Part shown: positions 10,083 through 20,436 of the stretch, piece after piece
Layout of the letters: each line of letters opens with the position of its first letter
Position numbering within the stretch: position 1 is the stretch's first letter
Assembly (NCBI GenBank): GCA_019358935.1
Contig: JAHHIK010000025.1
Span: 15,717 to 79,716 of the forward strand
Direction: 5' to 3'
Origin: Tolypothrix carrinoi HA7290-LM1
GTDB taxonomy: Bacteria > Cyanobacteriota > Cyanobacteriia > Cyanobacteriales > Nostocaceae
Length of the DNA: 64,000 nucleotides
The notes under the pieces: generated by a model
Database searches by the model: none
What the model saw: the letters and a program-made list of their open reading frames with translations, nothing else
What the model was told of the DNA's origin: nothing
Position numbers and translations under genes: made by a program

Positions 10083-12425
10083 ATGACAACGAAGCTATTT
10101 ATCAGCAAGCTAGTGAAGAGTTCAGTAGCTCTAGGTAGCATTGCTATTATTAGTCAGTCTATTGATTCGTTGAATCCTCGATTAACAACTGCTTCAGCAG
10201 AAAACCCTCCACATCTGTCTAGTCATTCAACTACGATATCACTACAAACCAACTTAACCAAGCCAATCGATCAATCGGTGACAACTGCGGGGATATCTTT
10301 AGGTTGGGTGGGTGGTCTTTTCTTGGGATTGGGAGTTATTGGGTTGAGTGCGATCGCGCTTAAAGGAATTGTGGTAATTGGTAATAATGAAGTTGGGATT
10401 GTAATTAAGAAATTTAACTACAATCCCTTTTTTCCTAAACTCCCTGCTGGTCAACTGATAGCCTTAAAAGGAGAAGCTGGTCCCCAAGCAAAAATTCTTA
10501 CCCCCGGTTTGCATTGGGGTTACTTTCCTCGGATGTATATCATTCGCAAGGAAGCGATAATTACTATTTCTTCGGAAGAAATTGGACTAGTTGTTGCCAA
10601 AGATGGTGCTAATATGCAGCCAGGACAACATTTTGGTAAGTTTGTTGAATGTAATAACTTTCAAGATGCCGATGCGTTTATTGAAAATGGGGGTCAGAAG
10701 GGTAAACAGCTAGCAATTTTAACTCCTGGCACTTACCGAATTAACACTGAACTGTTTGAGATTACCAAGAAGTCAGTAATTTATATTCCCCAAGGAGAAA
10801 TTGGGTTAGTTGTTGCCAAAGATGGTGCTGACATGCCACCAGAACAACTGTTAGGTAAAGTTGTCGATTGCAGTAACTTCCAAAATGCATCTGCGTTTAT
10901 GACAAATGGTGGTCAAAAGGGCAGACAACTAGCAATTCTCACTACTGGAACTCATCAAATTAACACTGATTTATTTACGGTAATTACTGCCGATAATGCC
11001 ACCAAATATGGCATGAAACCCAAAGATTTACAAGTATATACAGTAGAAGCTGGCAAGATTGGTATTGTCACCACTTACGATGGTGTCCCAATTAAACCAG
11101 ATGAGATAGCTGGTTCACCGACTGCGGATCATGGCAACTTCCAAAACGGGCAAAAATTTATTGATGGAGGTGGACGCAAAGGTCTGCAAGAAGAGATTGT
11201 GCCACCTGGTTCTTGGAATCTAAATCCTTGGTTTGTCAAAGTTGAGCAAGTAGAACTGACTGATGTTCCTGTTGGAACAGTTGGAGTTGTTATCTCCCAC
11301 GTTGGCAAGCTGACTGAAAATAACACTGGTGTGGTTGAACCAGGATACAAGGGTGTTTGGAATACTCCTCTTCCTCCTGGGAAGCACGTCATCAACACAA
11401 AAGTTACAAATGTGGAGATAGTTCCTACTCTTCCAATTGCGCTGGATTGGTCAAACAAAAAAAAGCCACCGACAAACTACGACGCAAACCTTCATGCTAT
11501 ACAATTGCGCTCTAAAGATGGATTTTGTTTTGATATCGAGGTAACGCAAGTTATTCGCGTCACTGAAGAAAACGCCCCGACAATGATTTATCGTGTTGGT
11601 AGCACTGTTGGTGGTTCTGCTAGTAATTCTATAAAAGCTCTCATCGTCAAAGTACTACAGCCAGCTGTTAGCAATTACTTCTGCAATTCTGCTCAAAATT
11701 CGGAAGCGCTAGACTTTCTTGACAAACGCAGCGACCAACAAAGACAAGCAAAAGATTATATCAAATCAGCACTCAATGATTTTGCTGTTGAAGCGCTTGA
11801 TACGTTAATTGGAGAGATTGACTTACCCGATCAACTGGAAAAGATTTTAACCGATCGCAAAATCGCACAGGAACAGCGCAAAACCATAGAAGCTGAACGA
11901 GAAACAGAAAAAGAACGCCAAAAATTTGCCTATGAAGTAGCGGTAACTGAAAATCAAGCAAATTTAGCTAAGTTTGAACAAGGTGTGAAAATCGCCGAAC
12001 TACGAGCTTTAGCAGAAAGATACGTAATAGAGACTCAAACAGAACTAGCTCGCGAACAAGGTAAAGTCCAAGCTGAAATTCTCGGTTCAATTGTTGATAT
12101 CCTTGGTCGTGAAGATTATGTGGATATCGAAAAACTAAAAGAGTTAGTCAAACTTAAACTTCCAGAAGTTTGGGTGAGTAATTCTAATGGCAACGGTTCT
12201 GGATTAACAGATGCAATTATGGCTCCGATGTTAAGGAATATCATGAGCAGTAGCATTGCTTCAAATAATAATTTATCAGCAACACACCAGGCAAATAAAA
12301 CATTAGAAACTTCATCTGCATCAACGGCACTTCCTCAAAGTTATGTTATCTGTACTAATTGCGAGACAAAGAATCTATTGGGCAACAATTTCTGCTCAAA
12401 GTGTGGTAATTCCCTAACTAGTTGA
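10083..12425 (+). CDS. SPFH/band-7 (flotillin-like) membrane protein with tandem N-terminal repeats, coiled coil and C-terminal zinc ribbon
   Basis: TM segment; repeated EIGLVVAKDG..NFQ.A.AF..NGGQKG.Q..ILT.G units; LRSKDGF SPFH core; E/Q/K-rich coil; CTNC..CSKCG. Confidence 0.85.
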   Translation: MTTKLFISKLVKSSVALGSIAIISQSIDSLNPRLTTASAENPPHLSSHSTTISLQTNLTKPIDQSVTTAGISLGWVGGLFLGLGVIGLSAIALKGIVVIGNNEVGIVIKKFNYNPFFPKLPAGQLIALKGEAGPQAKILTPGLHWGYFPRMYIIRKEAIITISSEEIGLVVAKDGANMQPGQHFGKFVECNNFQDADAFIENGGQKGKQLAILTPGTYRINTELFEITKKSVIYIPQGEIGLVVAKDGADMPPEQLLGKVVDCSNFQNASAFMTNGGQKGRQLAILTTGTHQINTDLFTVITADNATKYGMKPKDLQVYTVEAGKIGIVTTYDGVPIKPDEIAGSPTADHGNFQNGQKFIDGGGRKGLQEEIVPPGSWNLNPWFVKVEQVELTDVPVGTVGVVISHVGKLTENNTGVVEPGYKGVWNTPLPPGKHVINTKVTNVEIVPTLPIALDWSNKKKPPTNYDANLHAIQLRSKDGFCFDIEVTQVIRVTEENAPTMIYRVGSTVGGSASNSIKALIVKVLQPAVSNYFCNSAQNSEALDFLDKRSDQQRQAKDYIKSALNDFAVEALDTLIGEIDLPDQLEKILTDRKIAQEQRKTIEAERETEKERQKFAYEVAVTENQANLAKFEQGVKIAELRALAERYVIETQTELAREQGKVQAEILGSIVDILGREDYVDIEKLKELVKLKLPEVWVSNSNGNGSGLTDAIMAPMLRNIMSSSIASNNNLSATHQANKTLETSSASTALPQSYVICTNCETKNLLGNNFCSKCGNSLTS

Positions 12426-12535
12426 TAAAATCTACAATCACCTTCCGAAGCGGGTAGTACAACGTCCGCAGCAAGTAGAAATAAGTCAAAGTTCACTCGC
12501 TACGGACGAACAATATCAAAGCCTATTATTATCTT

Positions 12536-13903
12536 ATGCCAGCCAAAATCACCCTCACTGTCACCCAAGGTAAACTCCAAGGACAACAATTTATCTTTGA
12601 CTCCCGCACTACCTGTATCCTTGGCAGAAATGCAGATTGCAATCCTCAATTGCCTGATGATCAAGACCATCGCACCATCTCCCGCTATCATTGCTTGCTA
12701 GATATAAACCCTCCTGCTATCCGTGTGCGAGACTTTGGTAGTAAAAATGGTACTTACGTCAATGACAAAAAAATCGGACAGCGCCAAGCCGACCAAACCC
12801 CAGAAGAAGGCGCAAAAATGCAATTTCCAGAGTATGATTTGCAGAATGGAGACGAAATAAAACTAGATAATACTGTTTTGAAAATTGGTATCGAAGTTGA
12901 CCCACAGGAGATAAATATTTCCAGCTTTTTTCCTAGCACTATTTATGTGAACAACGACCCAACACAACCGCCAAATTTTTTGGCAATGATTAAACGCTTG
13001 TTGGGGTTAGCTGAAGGTGGTGATAAGAATTTAATTGCAATTCGCGGTTATCAAATTGTTAAATTGCTAGGAAAAGGTGGATTCGGCGAAGTTTATTTAG
13101 CACAACACAATCAATCGGGAAAAATGGTAGCACTAAAGATGATGTTACCAGCAGTGGTGAAAAGCGATCGCGCTGTGCAGATGTTTCTCAGAGAGACAGA
13201 AAATACTAAGGTTTTACAACATCCCAATGTCGTGCAACTAATAGATTATGGATACTCCGAAAACGTTTTCTTCTTTACAATGGAGTATTGCGAAGGTGGC
13301 ACTGTATCTGATTTAATGCGTCTTTCTGGTGGACGATTATCTATTCATATAGCAGTACCGATTGTTCTACAAGTTCTCGACGGTTTGCAATACACCCACA
13401 ATGCCGAAATTCCCTATGTCAAACTCAGTGATGGTCGCTTTGGCAAAGGTAAGGGTTTAGTTCACCGCGACCTCAAACCTAGTAATATCTTTCTTGCTTG
13501 GATTGAGGAAAAACTTGTTGCTAAAATCGGCGATTATGGTTTATCTAAGGCATTTGACATAGCCGGTTTAAGCGGTCAAACTCTCACTGGTACTAAAGCA
13601 GGTACTCCCGTTTTTATGCCTCGACAGCAGGTGCTGAACTTCAAATATGCCCAACCAGATGTAGATATTTGGGCTACTGCTGCTTGTCTCTATTATATGC
13701 TCACGGGAACTTTTCCCCGCAACTTTACAAACGGCGATCCGTTTCTTGCAGTGTTGCAAAATGACCCCGTGCCAATCAAAGCGCGAAATCCACTAATTCC
13801 CCCACATTTGGCAGAGGTTATTGATTTGGCATTGGTGGAAAAGCCAGAACTTTACTTTAAGAATGCAGTCGAATTTAAGCAGGCGTTGTTGAATGTATTA
13901 TAA
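12536..13903 (+). CDS. FHA-domain Ser/Thr protein kinase
   Basis: FHA motifs GR..ISRYHC..DFGSKNGTYVN; kinase LGKGGFGEV, HRDLKPSN, DYG. Confidence 0.92.
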   Translation: MPAKITLTVTQGKLQGQQFIFDSRTTCILGRNADCNPQLPDDQDHRTISRYHCLLDINPPAIRVRDFGSKNGTYVNDKKIGQRQADQTPEEGAKMQFPEYDLQNGDEIKLDNTVLKIGIEVDPQEINISSFFPSTIYVNNDPTQPPNFLAMIKRLLGLAEGGDKNLIAIRGYQIVKLLGKGGFGEVYLAQHNQSGKMVALKMMLPAVVKSDRAVQMFLRETENTKVLQHPNVVQLIDYGYSENVFFFTMEYCEGGTVSDLMRLSGGRLSIHIAVPIVLQVLDGLQYTHNAEIPYVKLSDGRFGKGKGLVHRDLKPSNIFLAWIEEKLVAKIGDYGLSKAFDIAGLSGQTLTGTKAGTPVFMPRQQVLNFKYAQPDVDIWATAACLYYMLTGTFPRNFTNGDPFLAVLQNDPVPIKARNPLIPPHLAEVIDLALVEKPELYFKNAVEFKQALLNVL

Positions 13904-14193
13904 TGTCAGATTATTTTTAAATGCATGTTTTCTGATTGTTTTGTAGATGCGTTTCCCTTAGATTGTATATTGCCGGCTTTACAATTCCTTTGCAAAATAG
14001 CGCTAATTATAAAAAACTCTTGAAATCAACTTGGGTAGTAATTGTATTTGCTATGCTATGAGGTATTCTATAAAGCGATAGTGAGCGTGACATTACGCAA
14101 AAGAATCTGATGAAGAAATACAAGCCTTAATTTCATCCTTGTTTTTCTCTGGTTATTTCCAGTTACAAAATAATATAAAATATTAAATAAGCC

Positions 14194-15258
14194 ATGAAAA
14201 AAGAACTTGTAGCTACAGGATTTATTGTTTTCTGTTTCACCTTACCGCAAAGAGCGATCGCTGCCAAGTTTGATGCGCTTTATGTATTCGGTGATAGCCT
14301 CTCTGATACGGGTAATACTTTCGCAGCTACCCAAGGAACAATACCCGTCCCTAGAGTCAATAATTCAAACCGTCCAGCTTATTTTCAGGGACGTTTTTCT
14401 AACGGTCAAAATTGGGTAGATTATTTCGGTTCTCAGATAAATCAACCAGGATTAAAACCTACACCTTTTGTTACTCTCCTAGCCAATCCGAATATTGTTC
14501 CTACAGATGGGGTTAATTTCGCTTTAGGTGGTGCTCAAACAGGTATAGTTAGCTCTTTTCCCGGTTTTCAAGATAATATACCCGGAGTGCTGGGGCAAGT
14601 TGGTTTGTTGAGGCAAAATTTGCCAGTTGATCCAAATGCTCTTTACTCTGTGTTTGGTGGCGCAAATGATTATTTCAATGGGAATACAAACGTTAATCAA
14701 GTAGTCCAAAATTTAACTAATTCAATCAGCTCTCTCGCTCAAGAAAAAGCGAAAAATTTCCTAGTATTTAACCTACCAAAATTGGGCGATAGTCCTTTTG
14801 GAAAAAGATCAGGCTTTTCCGATCAATTAAATCAATTGACACAAGCCCATAATAGACAATTAGCATCAGCTATCAGCAGTCTTCGCACCAGCAATCCTGA
14901 TTTAAATATCTATTCTGTTGACATTAATACTCTCTTTAATACAATAAGAGCTACTCCAGCTAAATTTGGTTTCAAGGATGTAACAAATGCTTGTGTAACA
15001 GGTAACTTTCAGCAAGTCACAAACATCTGTGATAAGCCAGATGATTTCTTGTTCTTTGATAGCGTCCATCCCTCCTCGCGGACACATAACTTAATCGCAA
15101 AAGCAGCACTGGCAGCGGTTAATGGTAAAACCATTCCCGAACCTTCGGCAGCGTTAGGGATGTTAGCGCTTGGTGCTTTGGGTGCAGCGGGAGTGTTGAA
15201 GCGGAAAGTAACTTCAGCAAATCGGGTTGTTGAGGCAGAACCGTCTAAAATCAGATAA
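14194..15258 (+). CDS. SGNH/GDSL lipase-esterase with PEP-CTERM sorting signal
   Basis: FGDSLSDTGN, GRFSNG, GANDY, FFDSVHP; IPEPS + TM + KRK. Confidence 0.92.
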   Translation: MKKELVATGFIVFCFTLPQRAIAAKFDALYVFGDSLSDTGNTFAATQGTIPVPRVNNSNRPAYFQGRFSNGQNWVDYFGSQINQPGLKPTPFVTLLANPNIVPTDGVNFALGGAQTGIVSSFPGFQDNIPGVLGQVGLLRQNLPVDPNALYSVFGGANDYFNGNTNVNQVVQNLTNSISSLAQEKAKNFLVFNLPKLGDSPFGKRSGFSDQLNQLTQAHNRQLASAISSLRTSNPDLNIYSVDINTLFNTIRATPAKFGFKDVTNACVTGNFQQVTNICDKPDDFLFFDSVHPSSRTHNLIAKAALAAVNGKTIPEPSAALGMLALGALGAAGVLKRKVTSANRVVEAEPSKIR

Positions 15259-15294
15259 ATACTTGATTTTTAGGATTGCATAACCGTGATTAAT

Positions 15295-15326
15295 CGTAGA
15301 GACGTTCGGTGTGGAACGTCTCTACA
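15295..15326. repeat. REP-like inverted repeat GTAGAGACG...CGTCTCTAC
   Basis: cgtagagacgttc-ggtgtg-gaacgtctctaca; relative at ~10-39. Confidence 0.7.
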
Positions 15327-15449
15327 ATATGTTCAATTTTTTCAATTTTTGACGTATAATGCAAAATCATCCCATAAAGCAATGCAACGCCTCATTTTTT
15401 CGGTTTGCGTTGATGTTAGGATAAAGCGCAAATCTAAATTAAATTCTCG

Positions 15450-16493
15450 ATGTCGGATTACGACAATTTATTTAAAATAATTGAAGAATTGGTAATGCAC
15501 CATTCCCCTAGTGGTGTAGAAGCCGAAATTAACCAGTTTTTGATGCAGAGATTTGCCGCGCTGGGTGTGGAAGTTTGGGGCGATCGCGCCGATAATATTA
15601 TTGCCAAAATTCCGGGGAAAAATTCAGAGCGAGCGATCGCAATCACCGGACACAAAGATGAAATTGGCGCAATTGTCAAGACTATCGGCGATGAAGGTCG
15701 CGTGGAAGTCCGCAGGTTAGGCGGTTCTTTTCCGTGGGTTTACGGCGAAGGTGTTGTCGATTTACTCGGAGACACGCAAACTATTAGCGGTATTCTCAGC
15801 TTTGGTTCTCGCCATGTTTCCCACGAGTCGCCGCAAAAAGTCCAGCAAGAAGATACACCTGTAAAATGGGAAAATGCCTGGATTGAAACGAAATGCAGTG
15901 CTGAGGAACTAGAAGCGGCGGGTATTCGACCGGGAACGAGAATGGTTGTCGGCAAGCATCGCAAGCATCCAGTGCGTTTAAAAAATCACATTGCTAGTTA
16001 CACTTTAGATAACAAAGCCTCTGTAGCGATTTTGCTAGCTTTGGCGGAAAGAGTCAAACAGCCAGCCGTCGATGTATATTTGGTAGCATCAGCAAAAGAA
16101 GAAGTCGGGGCAATTGGGGCATTATTTTTCAGTCAAAACCAGCAATTAGATGCAATGATTGCTTTAGAAATTTGTCCGCTATCGAAAGAATACCCAATTG
16201 AAGACGGTGAAAGTCCTGTGATACTTTCTCAGGATGCGTATGGCATCTATGATGAAACGCTGAATGGGCAACTGCGTCATAGTGCCAAGCAACTAGATAT
16301 GTCGGTGCAGCTAGCGACACTGAGTCAGTTTGGCAGCGATGCTTCGATTGCGATGAAATTTGGTCATGTCGGACGTGCAGCTTGTTTGGCGTTTCCGACC
16401 CAAAATACACACGGCTATGAAATTGCTCATTTGGGAGCGATCGCTAATTGTATCGATTTATTACAAGCCTTTTGCGAATCAGAATTTGAGTGA
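15450..16493 (+). CDS. M42 family metallopeptidase
   Basis: SPSGVE, GHKDEIG, LDNKAS, KEEVG, GSDA, NTHGYE. Confidence 0.9.
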   Translation: MSDYDNLFKIIEELVMHHSPSGVEAEINQFLMQRFAALGVEVWGDRADNIIAKIPGKNSERAIAITGHKDEIGAIVKTIGDEGRVEVRRLGGSFPWVYGEGVVDLLGDTQTISGILSFGSRHVSHESPQKVQQEDTPVKWENAWIETKCSAEELEAAGIRPGTRMVVGKHRKHPVRLKNHIASYTLDNKASVAILLALAERVKQPAVDVYLVASAKEEVGAIGALFFSQNQQLDAMIALEICPLSKEYPIEDGESPVILSQDAYGIYDETLNGQLRHSAKQLDMSVQLATLSQFGSDASIAMKFGHVGRAACLAFPTQNTHGYEIAHLGAIANCIDLLQAFCESEFE

Positions 16494-16574
16494 AGAGTTA
16501 CGAACCCCGTCCGGTTGATACCCGTAATTTTCTACAATGAACCAAAGAGGTTGAAAAAAGGTTAACAAGCGCAA

Positions 16575-17039
16575 ATGCCGAAAACCGTTGCCGATGTGAT
16601 GAGCCGTGACCCGATTGTCGTCCGGTCAGAAACTTCCTTAAATGAAGCGATCCAAATTCTGGCAGAACGTCGCATCAGTGGATTACCTGTTGTAGATGAT
16701 ACAGGTAAGTTGGTGGGTATTATCTCGGAAACGGATTTGATGTGGCAAGAAACTGGTGTAACTCCACCGGCATACATCATGTTTCTTGATAGCGTCATCT
16801 ATTTACAAAATCCTGCCACCTACGAACGTGACCTGCATAAAGCACTGGGACAAACTGTTGGGGAAGTTATGAGCAAAGACCCCATCACTACTTCCCCAGA
16901 AAAAACTTTAACAGAAGCAGCCAGAGTTATGCACGATAAGAACGTTCACCGCTTGCCAGTGCTTGACGAATCAGGTCAAGTAATTGGTATCCTTACTCGT
17001 GGTGACATTGTTCGCGCAATGGCTGCAAGTCAAGATTAG
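16575..17039 (+). CDS. CBS-domain pair protein
   Basis: two CBS motifs ([30 protein letters not shown]). Confidence 0.92.
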   Translation: MPKTVADVMSRDPIVVRSETSLNEAIQILAERRISGLPVVDDTGKLVGIISETDLMWQETGVTPPAYIMFLDSVIYLQNPATYERDLHKALGQTVGEVMSKDPITTSPEKTLTEAARVMHDKNVHRLPVLDESGQVIGILTRGDIVRAMAASQD

Positions 17040-17049
17040 TTGTTGGTTG

Positions 17050-17366
17050 TTGGGCAATGGGCAATGGGCAATGGGCAATGGGCAATGGGCAATGGGCAAT
17101 GGGCAATGGGCAATGGGCAATGGGCAATGGGCAATGGGCAATGGGCAATGGGAATAAAGCCAAATTTCGATCAATGCCCACTTGGACGCTTGCCCCATGA
17201 CGGCAGATGCTTCAAGCCGGGAAACCCGTCCAACGCACTGCCTCCCCCATGCCCCATGACGGCAGATGCTTCAAGTCGGCAGAGCCGCCCAACGCACTGC
17301 CTCCCCCATGCCCCACTATCCACTATCCACCATCCACCATCCACCATCCACCATCCACCATCCACT
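17050..17366. repeat. STRR tracts (GGCAATG)n and (CCATCCA)n with two small dispersed repeats
   Basis: long gggcaat array 17051-17152; ~46-bp structured repeats at 17200-17245 and 17259-17304; ccatcca array to ~17365. Confidence 0.88.
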
Positions 17367-17415
17367 TACTAATTACCGTTGTTTTTTAAATAGCATTGAA
17401 AAGTAGGATAAATAA

Positions 17416-18081
17416 ATGAGTATTACTCCTGAGTCTGTTAAGGAAATGCTTAGTTCTGAGGATTTGGGCGATCGCTTGCGTGCAGTTAATCAAATCCGCG
17501 ATTTGGAACCTGCGGTTGGTTTTGAGTTGGCTGAAAGTGCGGTTACTGACAGTAATTCCCGCGTGCGCTATAGTGCGGTGAGTCTGTTTGATACTTTGGG
17601 CAAACAGAATTTAGACGCATCCTTGAATATATTGCGCGATCGCTTGCTCAACGATCCTGAACCTGATGTCCAAGCTGCCGCTGCTGACTGTTTAGGTGCT
17701 TTAAAATTACATGCAGCTTTTGAAGACATGCAGCAGGTTTACCGCACAACCCCGGAATGGCTGGTAAAATTTAGCATCGTTGCCACATTAGGAGAGTTAG
17801 GCGATCCGCGAGCGTTTGAACTACTCAAAGAAGCCCTTTCCTCAGACAACGACTTAGTAAAAACCGCTGCCATTAGTTCTTTTGGCGAATTGGGAGACGC
17901 ACAAGCGATTCCCTTATTAGCCCCCTATGCGAGCAATCCAGATTGGCAAGTGCGCTATAGACTAGTGCAATCTTTGAATCTTCTGGGTGGTGCAGATGCC
18001 AAATCTATATTAGAAACTTTGGCTGACGATGAAGTAGAGGCGATCGCTACTGAAGCGAAAAAATCTTTGCAGTCAGCTTAA
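17416..18081 (+). CDS. nblB: Phycobilisome degradation HEAT-repeat protein NblB
   Basis: PBS-lyase HEAT repeats (RVRYSAV, DVQAAAAD, WLVKFSIVATLGELGD, WQVR). Confidence 0.82.
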   Translation: MSITPESVKEMLSSEDLGDRLRAVNQIRDLEPAVGFELAESAVTDSNSRVRYSAVSLFDTLGKQNLDASLNILRDRLLNDPEPDVQAAAADCLGALKLHAAFEDMQQVYRTTPEWLVKFSIVATLGELGDPRAFELLKEALSSDNDLVKTAAISSFGELGDAQAIPLLAPYASNPDWQVRYRLVQSLNLLGGADAKSILETLADDEVEAIATEAKKSLQSA

Positions 18082-18123
18082 GACTGCCGTTTAGATAATC
18101 AATTGTTAATACAGCACTTTCAA

Positions 18124-18152
18124 GTCCCCGTCTAAATAGATGGGGATTTTTT
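18124..18152 (+). terminator. Intrinsic terminator after nblB
   Basis: tccccgtcta-aa-tagatgggga stem followed by T run. Confidence 0.7.
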
Positions 18153-18598
18153 GTAGTAAGCGTTTTAACGCTTGTATTCGGGAGGGCACTCTTGTTGCCC
18201 ACTACGTTCGTGTGAGTCCTGAAATACTGAAAATTAGTTCAAATGCGCTTTTGTAATAGCTTACAGGGAATGTTTGCTTGAGGCTTAATGTTGGAGTGCC
18301 AATTTTTCATGAAAAGCTTTTGATTTATTTGTAAAGAGTCTGCAAAAAGCTGCAAACTATCATGCATAATTTTTACCCGACAACCGTATATTAATGTAAT
18401 TGTTTTTTGTTTGATAACAGTATTTCTTCTATCAGGGTTTACATAAGTAAATTGACTAATAAAGTTTAGATGAATGTGTCAGTCTACCAGATGACACCTC
18501 GGTGAATGCGGACTAACATACGAATATACACGCAGAAGAGGCACAATAAATCAGTTACCTCAAGCATTAAAAAGCACCACTAATTAAGAGACACAATC

Positions 18599-19432
18599 AT
18601 GAAATTAAACAAACAATTTACCGCGACAGCTATTTCACTAACAGTATCCAACCTCGCCAAAGAAATGATGAATTACAAAAAATCCTTCGCTTTTATCGGT
18701 TTAATCACAAGCAGCGCTCTGGCTCTCTCTTCTAATCCCGCTCAAGCTTTTAATTTCAACACAAGTACTGATTTGGGAAGCTGCTCTGCTCTCGCGGGTC
18801 CTTTTACCAGCAGCGGGTTAAGTTCCACCACTATCAAGCCAAACTGCAAAACTGCTGACGGTTTCACCATCACACCTAATCCTGAAGGTAAAGAACTTCA
18901 AGGTAAAAAAGTTGGTGGAATCGTTGGTGTAGGTGTATCCGGTAAAAAACCTGTTCGCGATGTTGTTGGTGGTGAAATTGACTACGGTGAGTCGATTGTA
19001 TTAACTCTTCCGAATCCTGGAGATGTTCTCAAAAATATCGGTTTAAGCTTTTTATACCGCCCCGGTGTGTTTGCAGACCAAGTGTGGGAGGCTGCGAGAA
19101 TCACAACTAATACTGGGCTTGAGGGCATTCTTAAAGTAACAGGTAAAGACACTGCTAGCTGGAGTCTAGGTGGTACAGTTACAAATCTCAGCCCTTCTAA
19201 GGGTAATGGTGGCGGTTATTACGATATTACAAATCCTTTCGCAAATGCCAGATTTGATTTCCTAACCCTCACTCCTGTTACCTATGATTCAGTGGCGCAA
19301 AATAGTAGTGCTAACAGTGACTTTGCTTTAACTCATGCAACAGCAGTTCCCGAACCAACTGCGATCGCTGGTCTAGGTTTAGTTGGTGGATTGCTGCTAG
19401 CAACTCGTCGTCGTAAAGCTATCCAATCTTAA
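18599..19432 (+). CDS. PEP-CTERM sorting domain surface protein
   Basis: signal peptide ending PAQA; VPEPT + TM + RRRK. Confidence 0.88.
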   Translation: MKLNKQFTATAISLTVSNLAKEMMNYKKSFAFIGLITSSALALSSNPAQAFNFNTSTDLGSCSALAGPFTSSGLSSTTIKPNCKTADGFTITPNPEGKELQGKKVGGIVGVGVSGKKPVRDVVGGEIDYGESIVLTLPNPGDVLKNIGLSFLYRPGVFADQVWEAARITTNTGLEGILKVTGKDTASWSLGGTVTNLSPSKGNGGGYYDITNPFANARFDFLTLTPVTYDSVAQNSSANSDFALTHATAVPEPTAIAGLGLVGGLLLATRRRKAIQS

Positions 19433-19768
19433 TTACCAATTGTGTGAGTTTGGGTGCTTTGGCTGTAGCTGGCATGTTTGACTTGCGCCAACGCAATAAA
19501 TCATGCCTTACAGCTTTCAATTACCAGTTTTAGCTTTTTCATTTTATCTACAAGTGAGGCGACAATATTAAAATACATTAGTTACATGATTTTCTAACAA
19601 AGTTATCAGGGTCTTGCATTTTTATTTTATTCAAACAAGTCGTTTTCCAATGTCTTTTAAATGAGTATAAGAAATAATTACAGCAATTAATTACTCTCGT
19701 ATACTCATTTTTTCTTGATAAGCAAATCAATTTTTCTCAGTCCCCAGTCCCCAGTCCCCAGTTGAATT

Positions 19769-20287
19769 CTACGCACCAAAGACCTGCGACCAAGTTGTGA
19801 ATAAAAAAACGGCAACCGCAGCGATCGCTAATACTCCCTGAATCAAATTTCCAATTAACGTTCCTGCTACAATCCCTACACCAGCTTTCACCGCTAATTC
19901 AAAGTTACGTTGGTATATATACTCGCCGATAATTGCACCTAACAACGGTCCTAATAATATCCCTAACAACGGACCTCCAAAAGGCAAAGTCGGCAATAAT
20001 CCAAAAAATCCCAGCAATAAACCAACTACCGCTCCAATTTGCCCCCATTTACTAGCACCTGCTTGTTTTGCGCCTAAATAGCCAGCTAAAAAATCAACTC
20101 CGATACTCAAAAGCAAAACAAAAACTGTCACAATTAGTGGTATCTTAATCGCAGCGAAGGAACCGCTAACAAATCCCCAGATGATAATTGCCGTTAAAAT
20201 TAAGCTACTTCCAGGAATGGCAGGAACCACAGCACCGATAATACCCACAACCATCAAGGCAACCAATAGCCAATAAATAATTTGCAT
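19769..20287 (-). CDS. DUF456 family membrane protein
   Basis: VVPAIPG, GAKQAGASKWG, GPLLGAIIGE; fully hydrophobic. Confidence 0.88.
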   Translation of the reverse strand: MQIIYWLLVALMVVGIIGAVVPAIPGSSLILTAIIIWGFVSGSFAAIKIPLIVTVFVLLLSIGVDFLAGYLGAKQAGASKWGQIGAVVGLLLGFFGLLPTLPFGGPLLGILLGPLLGAIIGEYIYQRNFELAVKAGVGIVAGTLIGNLIQGVLAIAAVAVFLFTTWSQVFGA

Positions 20288-20436
20288 AAAGTTTTCAACT
20301 GATTTATAACGTATTTATTCGTGGAGAAGAAGAAAAATACTCCGGGAATTGAATCCCCCGGATTTATCAGTGGGGTTTCCCCGTGTCCTCTTCAAGGGGT
20401 GACAAAATCCTCGATATTTTGGGGAATTTCCCAAAA

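Noticed and set aside
17200..17304. Two ~46-bp repeats suggesting a CRISPR array
   Set aside because: Only two copies with a 13-bp STRR-like gap, variable internal stems and dispersed copies elsewhere; no cas genes.
16971..17389. Several ORFs with PIAHC / GQWAMGN repeats
   Set aside because: Translations of heptamer STRR tracts, not genes; the same applies to 36487-36929, 47258-47584, 61076-61396 and 23307-23585.
20342..20360. ccgggaattgaatccc resembling an inverted tRNA T-arm (att remnant)
   Set aside because: No cloverleaf can be built and there is no matching second att site or integrase.
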